Of a stretch of DNA of 64,000 bases, positions 45,327-56,168 are shown one piece after another. The DNA is taken from positions 4,324 to 68,323 of IMG/VR virus record IMGVR_UViG_3300002220_000301, one strand, 5' to 3'. The translations under genes and the position numbers were made by a program. Within the stretch, counting starts at the first letter, position 1, and every line of letters begins with the position of its first letter. Under the pieces are notes generated by a model. The model ran no database searches, was not told the origin of the DNA, and saw only the letters and a list, made by a program, of their open reading frames with translations. The DNA is from a virus (lineage: Duplodnaviria > Caudoviricetes).

Positions 45327-48326
45327 ATGGCAATAAAAACAAAGCTACCAAAAACAGAAAATGGCTACGAGCTTGGGGCGGATCGTTACGGGTATTTTAG
45401 CATTGTAGCCCCCGAAGAGCGCACTATTAATTACATAAAAAACGCATGTTTTAATACAGACTCTCCGCCATTTGCGTATAGAGCGACAGGAAATGGAACG
45501 CAGCCATGCGACCTGTTTTATACGCTTGAAAATGCATCTGCCTCGCCAAAGGACAGACCGATGTCAATAACTGGCGCAGGCGCGAAGATTGCGCCAGCAG
45601 TCATCGACATGCCGTCCATGTCTATTTATTACACAACAGGCATGATGCCTGCTGGAACCTATACATTTAGCGCGTATTATAGTGGCGAGGTGTCCAACGA
45701 ATTTCTGTTACAGGTTTTTAACTCTGGGCAAACCATTCAGTATGGAGAAACCGCGCGAAGTTACGGCTCTGGACTCAATGGTTTTCAGCGCCTTCATCTA
45801 ACATTTACAATTCCAACCGGCATGGTACTCGAGTTGAAACTTTCGCAATTGGCTGATTCGCTCGGAAACCTCTCGCCATTTTATACCGATATGTGGCAGC
45901 TCGAAGATAAGCCGTATGTTACTCTGCCGTTTTTAGGACATGCGATGCAATATTCACATGACAATTACGATGGCGCGTATTCCTGGTGGGGAACTTCGTA
46001 TTATTCAGAATCGGTGAGAACGGACAGGGCGTACGAAAGCGGGCGCGAAGTAGACTTAAGCGAACTCGGGTTCAGGCTTACGGGAATAGTTGGACTTGGC
46101 ATCAACCCCATAAACCATGTAATCAATGACATCGCGTCTGGCGGCGGCGTTTACAGCAGCACAGCAGACGGAACAAGAACATTTACGCTTGTCGGAAGAA
46201 TATACGGAAAAGACATGCAAGATATTCTTACTAAGCACAGGGATTTGTACGAACTTCTCCGACCAAAAGGGCGCAACATTCAGGATCAGCCCACCACACT
46301 TCTGTTTAGAATTTGGGATTGCGAGAAAAAGAATTGGGTCGGACAGCCAATTTATATATATTGCAGATACACATCTGGACTCGAGGGGGCAATTGACTCG
46401 GAGACAAGTGAGGACATCGCAATTACATTTACCAGCGAAGACCCGTATGTTTATTCTTCTTATATTAAACATTACGAAGTTCCTCCATACCAAACGTACT
46501 ACCAGCTTGCTGCTGACACTGCACATGTATCTCCTATATTCACGATAAAAGACAAGGACAACACATGGGAACAACTCGACATGCGTCTTTCTGGACCAAC
46601 TCCTTATAATTATCAGCCGCCATATTGGAGCGATGGAATGGGGCTGTGCGTTGTAAAAGATATACTTCCAGATGGGACTGGCGGGTATTTTGTCCATGGA
46701 ACATTTACCGATGTTGTTCTTGGAGGCGTTTCTACTACTGTAAATAGTATATTTAGATATAACCATATAACAAAGAGTGTTTCTGCGCTTGGCGCTGGAG
46801 CGACAAAGGGCGTCGCTGGCGGAGAAATACTTAAGGTTATAGTTGTTCCTTCTGGCGACGCCATTGTTGTCGGAAACTTCGCATCTGCCGGAGGGGTAGC
46901 AAACACAAATTGTATAGCGTTATATAAACCTGGGGCTAATACGTGGCATTCAATATCAAGTGGAATTACAGCTTTTGGCGGATACGGACCAGAGATCAAA
47001 GATGTAGAATACGGCGATGATAATAAAATTTACGTATGTGGTACATTTGAAACAATTGATGGCGTAGACCTTGGCGGAATAGAGTGCATGGCTCGTATGG
47101 ACTTAAGTACAGGAGTGTGGGAAGGCATTCCTATCGCCAGAACGCAATATTTTTATCCAGCATGGGGGATGAATTTTATCAGGCTTTACAGGCAAAGATA
47201 TGTTCCTGGGTATAAATACAGACCAGCATCGGGGTTTATCAGCGGGGCTATCAGCACATTCGCGACGCCGTATACTTCATATTTTGTTTGGTGGAACGGA
47301 AGCGAAACATTCTATACTTGGTGGCGCGCGAATGGCGACTGGGGCGTCAACACTCCAATAAACCCATTTATACCAATGCAAACCGGAGTAATAAACCAAA
47401 ACACCGGGAGTATTTATGTAACGGATGGCAACAACAAAATATATAAAGTTGATTTTACAGTTCCTCCATACGAACAGACATCTCCGTCTCCTGGGGTTTT
47501 CATCACAACATATACACATCCAGAGCGGAACGGCCCGTCTATATGGACAAATCTCAACCCGCCTTTTTCGCGCAAAGTATGGGCAGAGATTAATCCAGGA
47601 GACTATCAGCAAGTGCCTTTGTCAACCATTTACGTTTCGGAACTAAAAATGATCGACAGCCGCCTTGTATTGTCGCCTGCCTATTCTTACGGACTGGATT
47701 GTTATGAAGTTGAGGCGGATGGATTAACGCCAGTTAATAAGCATGTTCCGTTGATATGGTATCACCACACTTGGAGTGGCGCGCCTGGAGAAAGCTCTGG
47801 CATGTTCTACCCGTACAGTATTTATGCAACAAGTTATGCTTATCAGGCTGCCTTCCACGTGAGTTTCGCCACTGGCGAAGCGTTCATCGCTGTGAATCCT
47901 GGACACATTATTCCCGAACAGGAACCACCTGTATCGGATAATATTATCAATGCAACTGTATACGGATATGTTTCAATAATTAACAACGGAGAAAACACCC
48001 CATTTGACTTTCGGATTGTAGGGCCGGCATCAATTAAGGGACTTTCAAATCATACAAGTTCGCAAGAGCTGCATGTTGATGGATACCAAGTTGCCCCATA
48101 CGATCTCGCGCGTATAGTTACCCTTCCGAGATACGGCTCCGAGATGGGGCTTGGAATGCACCGACACATACTTGACAATTCTGATATGAACCTAAAACTT
48201 GTTCCAGGAAAAAACATAATGAGCAGCGACGTAGATGACATAGACCCACTGCTGTCAGAAGTCTCTGTAATTTTTCGCGAAAGATATGCGTCTATCGCAA
48301 AAGCAATTGAATATGTTGGTGGATAA
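45327..48326 (+). CDS. Distal tail (Dit)-like protein with carbohydrate-binding and Kelch-like propeller insertions
   Basis: Follows tape measure; IVVGNF, IYVCGTF propeller repeats; ends LVPGKNI..VIFRERY. Confidence 0.65.
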   Translation: MAIKTKLPKTENGYELGADRYGYFSIVAPEERTINYIKNACFNTDSPPFAYRATGNGTQPCDLFYTLENASASPKDRPMSITGAGAKIAPAVIDMPSMSIYYTTGMMPAGTYTFSAYYSGEVSNEFLLQVFNSGQTIQYGETARSYGSGLNGFQRLHLTFTIPTGMVLELKLSQLADSLGNLSPFYTDMWQLEDKPYVTLPFLGHAMQYSHDNYDGAYSWWGTSYYSESVRTDRAYESGREVDLSELGFRLTGIVGLGINPINHVINDIASGGGVYSSTADGTRTFTLVGRIYGKDMQDILTKHRDLYELLRPKGRNIQDQPTTLLFRIWDCEKKNWVGQPIYIYCRYTSGLEGAIDSETSEDIAITFTSEDPYVYSSYIKHYEVPPYQTYYQLAADTAHVSPIFTIKDKDNTWEQLDMRLSGPTPYNYQPPYWSDGMGLCVVKDILPDGTGGYFVHGTFTDVVLGGVSTTVNSIFRYNHITKSVSALGAGATKGVAGGEILKVIVVPSGDAIVVGNFASAGGVANTNCIALYKPGANTWHSISSGITAFGGYGPEIKDVEYGDDNKIYVCGTFETIDGVDLGGIECMARMDLSTGVWEGIPIARTQYFYPAWGMNFIRLYRQRYVPGYKYRPASGFISGAISTFATPYTSYFVWWNGSETFYTWWRANGDWGVNTPINPFIPMQTGVINQNTGSIYVTDGNNKIYKVDFTVPPYEQTSPSPGVFITTYTHPERNGPSIWTNLNPPFSRKVWAEINPGDYQQVPLSTIYVSELKMIDSRLVLSPAYSYGLDCYEVEADGLTPVNKHVPLIWYHHTWSGAPGESSGMFYPYSIYATSYAYQAAFHVSFATGEAFIAVNPGHIIPEQEPPVSDNIINATVYGYVSIINNGENTPFDFRIVGPASIKGLSNHTSSQELHVDGYQVAPYDLARIVTLPRYGSEMGLGMHRHILDNSDMNLKLVPGKNIMSSDVDDIDPLLSEVSVIFRERYASIAKAIEYVGG

Positions 48327-50056
48327 TGGCAGAATATTTTATCAAGATAAAAGACCAGCGCAACAATCCAATTATTAACATTGATGATTTCTATAAAATA
48401 GAGCTGTTCAGAAGTGAGTTTGGCGTTGGGTCTTTATATATAGACTTGCCGCTAAAGAGATATAAGGACATTGGCTTTCAGATTGACTGGCGAATAGAAG
48501 TATACAGAAAAACGCACAAAGCTGGACTTATGCGGGTTGGAGATACTCAGTTTTTGATAAAACTTGTTCGCCACAAGGTAGACGAACAGAACAAAGAGTC
48601 CATTCATATCCTTGCGTACGACCCGCTCCACATTCTCAAAAAAAGAATTGTCGCGTATGTCGCGGGAACGCCATACGCCCTCAAGGAAAACATGCATGCA
48701 GATGACATGCTGAAAGCGATTATCCGCGAGAATCTTGGCGAGCTTGCGGTCGACTGGAAAAGAGACATAACACAGTGGCTTGCAGTAGAAGAAGACAAGA
48801 GCCAGGGCGCGATAATCACAGTAGACGACTTCGCGTTTCAGCAAATAGCCCCGCAGCTGACACAAATTTGCGAGAAGTCACTTGCCGAGGGTGTATATCT
48901 GTCTTATGACATAGAATATGACGAACAGCTCGAAAAGTTGATATTTAGAACATATACTGGACAGCGCGGCACAAACAGGGGGAGCGACTCTCTGTCGCCA
49001 TTGTATTTATCGCACCATACAGACTTTGCGAATATCATGGGGAGTGGACTTAATTACGCGTCCGCAGAAGTAGACGCATCCGACCAAGTGACATTTGTAT
49101 ATTCCGGAAAGCAAACTGAAGACACCAACAATTTTTTTGCTACACTTGCCAATGAGAGCGCGATTGAACTTTCGCCATTTGGCAGGGAAGAGGACTTTAT
49201 TACGACTGGAGACTCGCTAACATACGAAGATGTCATTGCGGAGGCCCGTTCGTGGCTGCAGCACAAATACAAAAACATGGTACTCAACGCGCATATACAG
49301 CAGGACTCTGACATACAGTTTGGCTTGGACTATGGCTTTGGTGACATTGTTGCCTTCAGGTATCTTGGCGAGACATTAAATATTCATCTCGACGAGTTTA
49401 AAATCATTGTCGACAGTTCTGGAAATGAAGATATCTCTGTTATATCTACAAAAATGGAAAAAGAGCTATTAATAGATGTTCCTGTCTTTGAAGATTATGA
49501 CCCGATTATTAAAAACGAGAGAATAGAAGACGAAGAAAATCTCGGCGTGCCGCTGTTCTATAAGCACCATAGCGTCGCTCAATCATTTGCGCTTGATGAA
49601 AACAGAGAGACTTTTGACATTAGTTACGTAGATATTCAGATACGCAGAGTAGGGCTTCCACAGAGAGATGTGTCAATGTTTATATATTCTGGAGACTCTT
49701 CAAAGCCCGTTTCAAAGCTGTCGACCCAGCCAACGGTTGTCGCATACGACTTTATTCCAGATGGGCTGTATACTTGGATTCGCTTCGCCCTGCAGACTCC
49801 AGTAACAATAACGAGAGGAACAACGTATTGGATAGTACTAACATGCGGGACGCCAAAAAGTGAGTACGGAAACTATTACAGAGTTGGCGTCGAGTCGGAG
49901 ATGAGGTATCAGTTTGGTTCTCTTGCAGTAACGCTGGATGGGATTATATGGACTGGCGATGTTTCTGGCCCGCCAGATGACGGTGATGATGACAACGACG
50001 AGCCGGAAGAGACTGCCGGAACATTTGACATGATATTTGCGATTGGCGGCGTGTGA
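48326..50056 (+). CDS. Tal-like/minor tail protein
   Basis: Follows Dit; GVGSLYIDLP, FGLDYGFGDIV; C-terminal beta-sandwich (AQSF...TYWIVL). Confidence 0.65.
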   Translation: MAEYFIKIKDQRNNPIINIDDFYKIELFRSEFGVGSLYIDLPLKRYKDIGFQIDWRIEVYRKTHKAGLMRVGDTQFLIKLVRHKVDEQNKESIHILAYDPLHILKKRIVAYVAGTPYALKENMHADDMLKAIIRENLGELAVDWKRDITQWLAVEEDKSQGAIITVDDFAFQQIAPQLTQICEKSLAEGVYLSYDIEYDEQLEKLIFRTYTGQRGTNRGSDSLSPLYLSHHTDFANIMGSGLNYASAEVDASDQVTFVYSGKQTEDTNNFFATLANESAIELSPFGREEDFITTGDSLTYEDVIAEARSWLQHKYKNMVLNAHIQQDSDIQFGLDYGFGDIVAFRYLGETLNIHLDEFKIIVDSSGNEDISVISTKMEKELLIDVPVFEDYDPIIKNERIEDEENLGVPLFYKHHSVAQSFALDENRETFDISYVDIQIRRVGLPQRDVSMFIYSGDSSKPVSKLSTQPTVVAYDFIPDGLYTWIRFALQTPVTITRGTTYWIVLTCGTPKSEYGNYYRVGVESEMRYQFGSLAVTLDGIIWTGDVSGPPDDGDDDNDEPEETAGTFDMIFAIGGV

Positions 50057-50057
50057 C

Positions 50058-51212
50058 ATGGAACATTTAGAGCGAACACTTATAGAGATACTAAGAAGAC
50101 TCGACGACTTAGAGCACGGAGCAAGGTCATCCTCGAGGCCTGCAAAAAATATTATCGGCTCCTCAAGCAGAAGCAATACTATTTACGCAAAAGACCACAG
50201 GTTCCTTGAAAATCTCAACAGCGAAAACTACAGGCATATAACACAAACAGAATATCTGTCGTTGCGCAGTATGACAAATGACCATGGACTCCTTGACGGA
50301 CTGTCTGATGACGACCACAAACAGTACATAAGACACAACATATCTGTTTACGACTGGGACATCCTTGCCGGCAAGTCAGACAGAACATTCGGGAGAAAAA
50401 GCATAGATGAGCTTCGAAACAAGATTTCAGAGAAACTGTTTCCAGAAATTGACAGCGAAAATGCAATCATGTTCTATAAAAGCGATGGAGAAGCTCCGGT
50501 TCTTACACTTGACACACTGAACTCTTGGGTAGGGGTTGGAACACAGCCCGAAAGCAAACTGCACATAAACGGAAGCATGACGGTAACAAACGGAGACATT
50601 GACTTTTCCGGCTCGCTTCCAGGTGAAATAACTTCAGAGCAGTCGCTGTCGCTTGTGTCCGGTAGGGACATTATACTAAATGCCTCCGAAAGACTTACTG
50701 TGCAGTCGGTTATGCAATCTGGATCATTTGCAAGAGACTCGCGCGGGTGGCAACTTTCAGAATCTGGCGACGCGGACTTCAGGAATGTCCGTGTCAATAA
50801 AATCAATGCAAGAATTGTAGCGACCGGTATTGAGCAGTTTGTTGGAGGAAGACAAACAATGTGTAAAAGTGCATCTCCGCTTGCAGTGGATTTTACAATT
50901 CCAGCGCCAGAGTCCGAGGCGACTTTAAAGATAGAGCCATTCGCGGACTATCCGATGGTTAATGTTTTTGACGACGGCGACATTGTGCGAATTTCGTACA
51001 CAAGCCTTTTTGATGGCGAATATAATACAAGCGAATGCTGGGGCAGCGTCGTTTCCGCGCCATCATCTTCCAGAGAGCAGGTTTATACATTTACAAGATC
51101 GGCAGTCCCGAACAGCGGAGATGCAAACGCTGGACTTGTCGTCGCCGCTGGCGAGCTTGTCTTAAACTACGGGAGTTCAGGAATGGGGTATATCGTATCA
51201 ACCGTAGTGTGA
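50058..51212 (+). CDS. Tail/baseplate protein
   Basis: HDHGLLDGLSDDDHKQY and VGVGTQPESKLHINGS fibre-type motifs. Confidence 0.6.
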   Translation: MEHLERTLIEILRRLDDLEHGARSSSRPAKNIIGSSSRSNTIYAKDHRFLENLNSENYRHITQTEYLSLRSMTNDHGLLDGLSDDDHKQYIRHNISVYDWDILAGKSDRTFGRKSIDELRNKISEKLFPEIDSENAIMFYKSDGEAPVLTLDTLNSWVGVGTQPESKLHINGSMTVTNGDIDFSGSLPGEITSEQSLSLVSGRDIILNASERLTVQSVMQSGSFARDSRGWQLSESGDADFRNVRVNKINARIVATGIEQFVGGRQTMCKSASPLAVDFTIPAPESEATLKIEPFADYPMVNVFDDGDIVRISYTSLFDGEYNTSECWGSVVSAPSSSREQVYTFTRSAVPNSGDANAGLVVAAGELVLNYGSSGMGYIVSTVV

Positions 51213-51237
51213 TATAATTAAAAGTGAGGTAAAAACT

Positions 51238-51645
51238 ATGACTATACAACTTTCTACAACTGTGAGGAACGCGAGGCTCGACGCCATAACTACAGCGATA
51301 GGCGTATCCGCTAAGCTTATAATCTATTCTGGCTCTGCTCCAGCAAGCTGCGCGGAAGCGCCGACTGGCACAGTTCTTGCAACCATGAGTCTGCCAGCCG
51401 CATGGATGTCAGACGCTTCGTCTGGAAGCAAGGCAAAGACAGGAACATGGACTGACATGTCTGCAGACAACAGCGGAACAGCAGGCTATTTTAGAATATA
51501 CGACAGCGGTGAAATAGCATGCGGAATACAAGGAACTATCACGGCTACCGGAGGTGGCGGAGATATGACTCTTGACAGCATCGACATCGTTGTTGGGCAG
51601 AGCGTGTCCATCACATCTTTTGTTCTTACTGACGGAAATGCGTAA
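51238..51645 (+). CDS. Small virion structural protein
   Basis: RNARLDAI...IIYSG..P...GTAGYFRI typical phage structural sequence. Confidence 0.65.
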   Translation: MTIQLSTTVRNARLDAITTAIGVSAKLIIYSGSAPASCAEAPTGTVLATMSLPAAWMSDASSGSKAKTGTWTDMSADNSGTAGYFRIYDSGEIACGIQGTITATGGGGDMTLDSIDIVVGQSVSITSFVLTDGNA

Positions 51646-51670
51646 TACTTGTTCATAATGGAGTTGTACT

Positions 51671-53968
51671 ATGCCAGATGGCGAACTTGATGTAACACTC
51701 TCCAGCCTGTCTCTGTCTTCTACGGCAGAGCTTAGCGGGAACGTACTGCATGCAACGCTTGCTAATTTAAGCCTCCTTGCGAATGGCGGAGTAGCGATAA
51801 CTGGCGCTCTTGACAGGTCACTCGCTAATCTTTCTTCGCTTGGCGCGGGCGCCGTTCAGATAAATGGCGCACTTGCGTCTACGCTTTCAGGTGTCAAGAC
51901 ACTGGTTTTTGGTCGCGTATACAAAGGGATAGATTCTCCGTACGAAGATGTCGCATCATGGACTGGGCACCCTCTGTCCGGTTCGCGCGTGCGAGTCAGA
52001 ACTGGCAACTTGTTTGGCATCTTTGGCGAAGATGGAGAGTTCGGCATTTTCGCTGGCGACGGCTGGGACTCGTCCAGTGGCGCGCCTCCACCTGTTAGCT
52101 CACAATACATAAGACTTGGCAACATAGTCAATGAATTTCACAATGTGCCAATTAAATTGTACGACGAAGGCAACATTACCATGCAAATGGAGCCAGGTGC
52201 ACCAAGCTTTGCAATGGGCTTCCCAATTCCAAGCGGGTACGACGCGGGCGTTGGTCTCTGGCAGGGAAAAGACTCGGATGGCATTTACAAATGGCGCGTC
52301 GGAGACCCATCTGGAGCGAACTTAAGTTGGAATGGCAGCTCGCTCTTAATGAACAATGCGTCGCTTGATATAAGTGGCTCTTCTGTCCACATCGCGCTTG
52401 GAAATCCGCCGCCAACCGCGCGCGACACTGGCACTGGCATCTGGATGGACAACACTGGCATCTATGGCCTCAATGATAGTGTAAGACAGGTTTACATAGA
52501 CACCACAACTGGAATTTTTTATTCTGGAGCTGGAACTGTTCGCATTGACGAAGCTGGCGCAAACATTGTCATTGGAACATTTGATTATTACAACCACTTT
52601 ACCGGCGTAGAGCTGAACAGCACCGGGCTGTACGGAAAGGTGGACGATGAAGTTTTATTTTCCCTTGGAATCGATGGGCTGCCATTTCTTAAAATTGGAA
52701 CAGGAACAAAAGACATTGACCTGACTGGCATCCAGATTGATGACACTGAAATAGTAGGGCAAAACAATGGAGTAGACCAGGTTGTTATTGGTGCTGACGG
52801 TAAGTTAATGGCTGGCGCTGGTGATGTCTTACTGGACTCTGACGGCATTACCATAAATACAAAAACCGTCGGCACATCGACAAATCGACTTAAGTGGAAT
52901 TATGCTTACGATGACACTATTAAATATTACATAGAATCTACCGGAATGGATATATGGGAAAAACATTACAATTCCTCATCTACCCCACAAAATTACGGCT
53001 ACCTAAGACATTATAAATTTATAGACAATCTTACTGCTGGCACTACGCAGAACTGGCTATGGCTTACAAGAACAAACGGAGGAAGCCCAGATACTCCGCG
53101 AAGTATGGCCGAAGATTATATAAGCCTAAATTATAATATTAACGAACAGAGAAGAAAGATTAAAATAGACAGAAGCGATGGCGTAAGAGAGCGCATCAGT
53201 TTATTCGAAACTAAACTAAATGATCTTTCGACAAACCCAAGTACAAACAAACTTTCCTTATTTTTACAAGATGATACTTATGGGAACAAAGAAGCTTCCA
53301 TATTACAAGAAGTAAAAGAGGGTGCATCTGGCTATTCCAAGATGGACTTGACTGCCCAGAATATCAATATAATCAGCAACCTTAAAGTTACTGGCACCAT
53401 CAAAGACGGCAATGGGGTGGAATATTCCAAATCTACCCACAGCCATGACCACGGCTCACTCACCGGACTTGGCGATAACGACCACCCGCAATATTTGCTG
53501 ACAACTGGCAAAGCGGCTGATAGCGACAAACTTGATGGGCACGATTCTACTTACTTTGCGGTTGCCGGCTCGTACCTATTAGCGCCAACATTTACAAATT
53601 ACACTCCTACCTGGAGCACGTCCGGCGGAGCTCCGGCCATTGGCAATGGCACTCTTACTGGAAGATATTGTAAGGTTGGCAGCATGGTTTTTTGCCGAAT
53701 GACCCTAATTTTTGGCTCAACTACAACTTCTGGCACGGGCGCATGGTCATTCGCCTATCCAGTTGACGCGAACACCAGCTATGGCGCCACGCATGTAGGA
53801 ACGGCCATGGCAGTGGACTCAGGAACAACAACACGCTACGGAAGCGTTAGGCACAAAACGACAAGCACATTTAGTCCATGGTGGCACGACGCGGCAAGTG
53901 GCACCAATCCACATGCGTGGGCTGTAGGCGATATATTGCGATGTGACTTTTGGTACGAAGAAGCATAA
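51671..53968 (+). CDS. Tail fibre / receptor-binding protein
   Basis: 765 aa; HSHDH..DHPQY, DSDKLDG; C-terminal YTPTW..GNGTLTGRY..VG domain. Confidence 0.8.
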   Translation: MPDGELDVTLSSLSLSSTAELSGNVLHATLANLSLLANGGVAITGALDRSLANLSSLGAGAVQINGALASTLSGVKTLVFGRVYKGIDSPYEDVASWTGHPLSGSRVRVRTGNLFGIFGEDGEFGIFAGDGWDSSSGAPPPVSSQYIRLGNIVNEFHNVPIKLYDEGNITMQMEPGAPSFAMGFPIPSGYDAGVGLWQGKDSDGIYKWRVGDPSGANLSWNGSSLLMNNASLDISGSSVHIALGNPPPTARDTGTGIWMDNTGIYGLNDSVRQVYIDTTTGIFYSGAGTVRIDEAGANIVIGTFDYYNHFTGVELNSTGLYGKVDDEVLFSLGIDGLPFLKIGTGTKDIDLTGIQIDDTEIVGQNNGVDQVVIGADGKLMAGAGDVLLDSDGITINTKTVGTSTNRLKWNYAYDDTIKYYIESTGMDIWEKHYNSSSTPQNYGYLRHYKFIDNLTAGTTQNWLWLTRTNGGSPDTPRSMAEDYISLNYNINEQRRKIKIDRSDGVRERISLFETKLNDLSTNPSTNKLSLFLQDDTYGNKEASILQEVKEGASGYSKMDLTAQNINIISNLKVTGTIKDGNGVEYSKSTHSHDHGSLTGLGDNDHPQYLLTTGKAADSDKLDGHDSTYFAVAGSYLLAPTFTNYTPTWSTSGGAPAIGNGTLTGRYCKVGSMVFCRMTLIFGSTTTSGTGAWSFAYPVDANTSYGATHVGTAMAVDSGTTTRYGSVRHKTTSTFSPWWHDAASGTNPHAWAVGDILRCDFWYEEA

Positions 53969-54042
53969 AGTAGTGCGATAGATGTTAGGCACCGTTCTTG
54001 CGCGCGCTCAAGCAATGCGGCAATGACAAATAGAGGAGTGCA

Positions 54043-54150
54043 TTGAGTGATTGTGAAACAGTTCTTATGATAATTATGTCCGCGCTGTCCATAACAGGCG
54101 TTTGCATGATAGTTGCGAATTTCTGGCTTGACTTTTTTAAAGACAAGTGA
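54043..54150 (+). CDS. Possible 35-aa single-TM peptide
   Basis: SD GAGGAG then TTG; MSDCETVLMIIMSALSITGVCMIVANFWLDFFKDK. Confidence 0.4.
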   Translation: MSDCETVLMIIMSALSITGVCMIVANFWLDFFKDK

Positions 54151-54156
54151 TATCAT
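54128..54156 (+). promoter_or_regulatory. sigma70 promoter
   Basis: TTGACT-17 bp-TATCAT with TG extension. Confidence 0.7.
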
Positions 54157-54164
54157 GCTCACTG

Positions 54165-54584
54165 ATGATGTACACGAGCTACTATGGTATGGCAAATGCG
54201 CTAAAAAATTATCACATAAAAATGGTGTGTATTTCTGCCATTCATCCATCGTGGTTGCCATGGATTGCTGACATAAAAATTCTGAAGCCGACGATAGAGA
54301 TTTTAAACACAACGAATGTACTTGATGCGAGAAAGGTGTACACAGAGCATCTTGAAAGTGTCGGAATCGATGATATCAAGTACAAGCTTGCGATGCAGGG
54401 CAAAAGAGACTTCGCACTTCTTTGCTACGAAACGCATCATGACATAGCCACTGGTATAAAGTTTTGCCATCGCAGGTTTTTTGCTGCATGGTACGAACAA
54501 AAAACCGGTATTGTTATTCCTGAGTTTGATTTAGAAAAGATAAAGGCGATGCCAGTTATAGAAAATATGACATTTGAATTTTAG
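54165..54584 (+). CDS. DUF488-like protein
   Basis: MYTSYY start, ALLCYE...FCHRRFFAAW. Confidence 0.75.
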   Translation: MMYTSYYGMANALKNYHIKMVCISAIHPSWLPWIADIKILKPTIEILNTTNVLDARKVYTEHLESVGIDDIKYKLAMQGKRDFALLCYETHHDIATGIKFCHRRFFAAWYEQKTGIVIPEFDLEKIKAMPVIENMTFEF

Positions 54585-54591
54585 GAGAATT

Positions 54592-54831
54592 ATGAAAGAA
54601 ACGAAAGCTGTAAATAATAAAATTTTGCTCGACAAATCTCAGTTTAGGATTTTTGCCGGACTCGCAATGCAGCGAGATGAACTGCAAAAGATGTTTCAGG
54701 AACTTATAGATGCAGAGAAAGAGCACATCGACATGCTTGTCAGTCAGTACAAACTTGACGCAGGCGAATACGTTATTCAGCAAGACGGCAAAGACATTTA
54801 CCTAACTCAAAAAGACCCTAAAAGCGTCTAA
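54592..54831 (+). CDS. Hypothetical protein
   Basis: SD AGGAG, 79 aa. Confidence 0.7.
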   Translation: MKETKAVNNKILLDKSQFRIFAGLAMQRDELQKMFQELIDAEKEHIDMLVSQYKLDAGEYVIQQDGKDIYLTQKDPKSV

Positions 54832-56137
54832 GCGCTCTCTCTGCGGCGACCGCTGTAACCGCGTGCGCCTTTACAAGCTCCCCATTATATACAGCTGCGC
54901 CATTCTCAATTAGAATTTGATTAATGGCATAGGCGGACTCGTCGTCGTGGACTATTTCCACCATGCCATTTTGCCACTGATTGTTTCTGCTCGACCCTGG
55001 AACAGTCCCGTCCAGCCTGCACAGACAGCCGCCACATGCAGCTTGGACAGTTCGCCTTCCAGACCACCAGTTCACACTCTTTGAGGCCAGCTCAAGCGTG
55101 TGCTTGTGCCCAAAGATAGTATTAAAGTTTGTCTGATCTAAAACGGCGGATGCCGTCATTCCTGGGCGCGCCCTTGCGACATTTCCGTGCTCAATAACAG
55201 TGTCCTTGGCCACAAAGTACAGCCCTCCTGGATATTCTCCGATATACCTGGCGCCCATTCTTGACAAGCCGAGCAAATTGTCTATACTTGCGAGCGGCGT
55301 ATCTTGGTCGTCTGCGGCTGAAAGCATCGCCATCGCGATAAGTCTTTTTGTAACAAGCGTTTGAAGTCTCTGCTCATGGTTTCCAGCGAGCACAACGATG
55401 TCAGCACTGGGGCATTGCTGCTTAAATTTTCCAATCCACCAGGCGCACTCTATTAATGCGTTCTGCGTTGTAAAATAAAAACCTGGCTCTAAGACAAACT
55501 TATCAGACCACTCTGACATGTCGAGCAAGTCCCCGCCAAAAACGATTGTATCCGGCTGTGCAACCATTGCGACTTCAAGCGCGACGGACATCGCCTCCCT
55601 GCTGTGAAATGGTACGAGTTCGCCAGAGCGAAAATTTCGGGCAAAACCAACGTGCATGTCAAATAAAGCCATTGTGTGTTTCATCGACCTGCGCCCCGTT
55701 TTTTCAGCCGTTTTATCCGCCTCTACGCAAACAGTTATAGGAGTTATCGGCTTTGTCTCGAGTGGCTTTCGCTCCTCGAATGACGCCCTGATTAAAAACT
55801 TTTCCAGTTCGTTTGTCGCAGAGTCCCACTTTTCAGCAATAAAACTTTTAACTTTCCATCTATCCATATCAATGTTAAAAGCTTCTATTAATTCTTCTAA
55901 ACTTTGTATCCTTGAAGTATAACGAATCTCAAGTCCGCCTTCAGTTTCTTTTATAACAGTGTCAGGCACAGATGGCGATGTCCCAGTTTTAATGCCATGT
56001 TTCTTTTTATAGTAATACAAAGCGCCATGTACAACCGAACGTGAAAGTCCGGTTCGTCTTGCGATTTCGTACTCGCTGATCTTCTCGCGCATTTGCATTT
56101 CGTACAATTCTTTTCCAGTATATTTAATGTCCTGCAT
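54818..56137 (-). CDS. Calcineurin-like metallophosphoesterase with N-terminal HTH
   Basis: FDMH, GGDLLD, AGNHE, EHG, GHKH. Confidence 0.88.
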   Translation of the reverse strand: MQDIKYTGKELYEMQMREKISEYEIARRTGLSRSVVHGALYYYKKKHGIKTGTSPSVPDTVIKETEGGLEIRYTSRIQSLEELIEAFNIDMDRWKVKSFIAEKWDSATNELEKFLIRASFEERKPLETKPITPITVCVEADKTAEKTGRRSMKHTMALFDMHVGFARNFRSGELVPFHSREAMSVALEVAMVAQPDTIVFGGDLLDMSEWSDKFVLEPGFYFTTQNALIECAWWIGKFKQQCPSADIVVLAGNHEQRLQTLVTKRLIAMAMLSAADDQDTPLASIDNLLGLSRMGARYIGEYPGGLYFVAKDTVIEHGNVARARPGMTASAVLDQTNFNTIFGHKHTLELASKSVNWWSGRRTVQAACGGCLCRLDGTVPGSSRNNQWQNGMVEIVHDDESAYAINQILIENGAAVYNGELVKAHAVTAVAAERALRRF

Positions 56138-56168
56138 AACTATTCCTTTGTTATGTATTTGGCTTAAG

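Noticed and set aside
51671-54150. Diversity-generating retroelement targeting the tail fibre
   Set aside because: No reverse transcriptase and no TR/VR repeat pair found in the window
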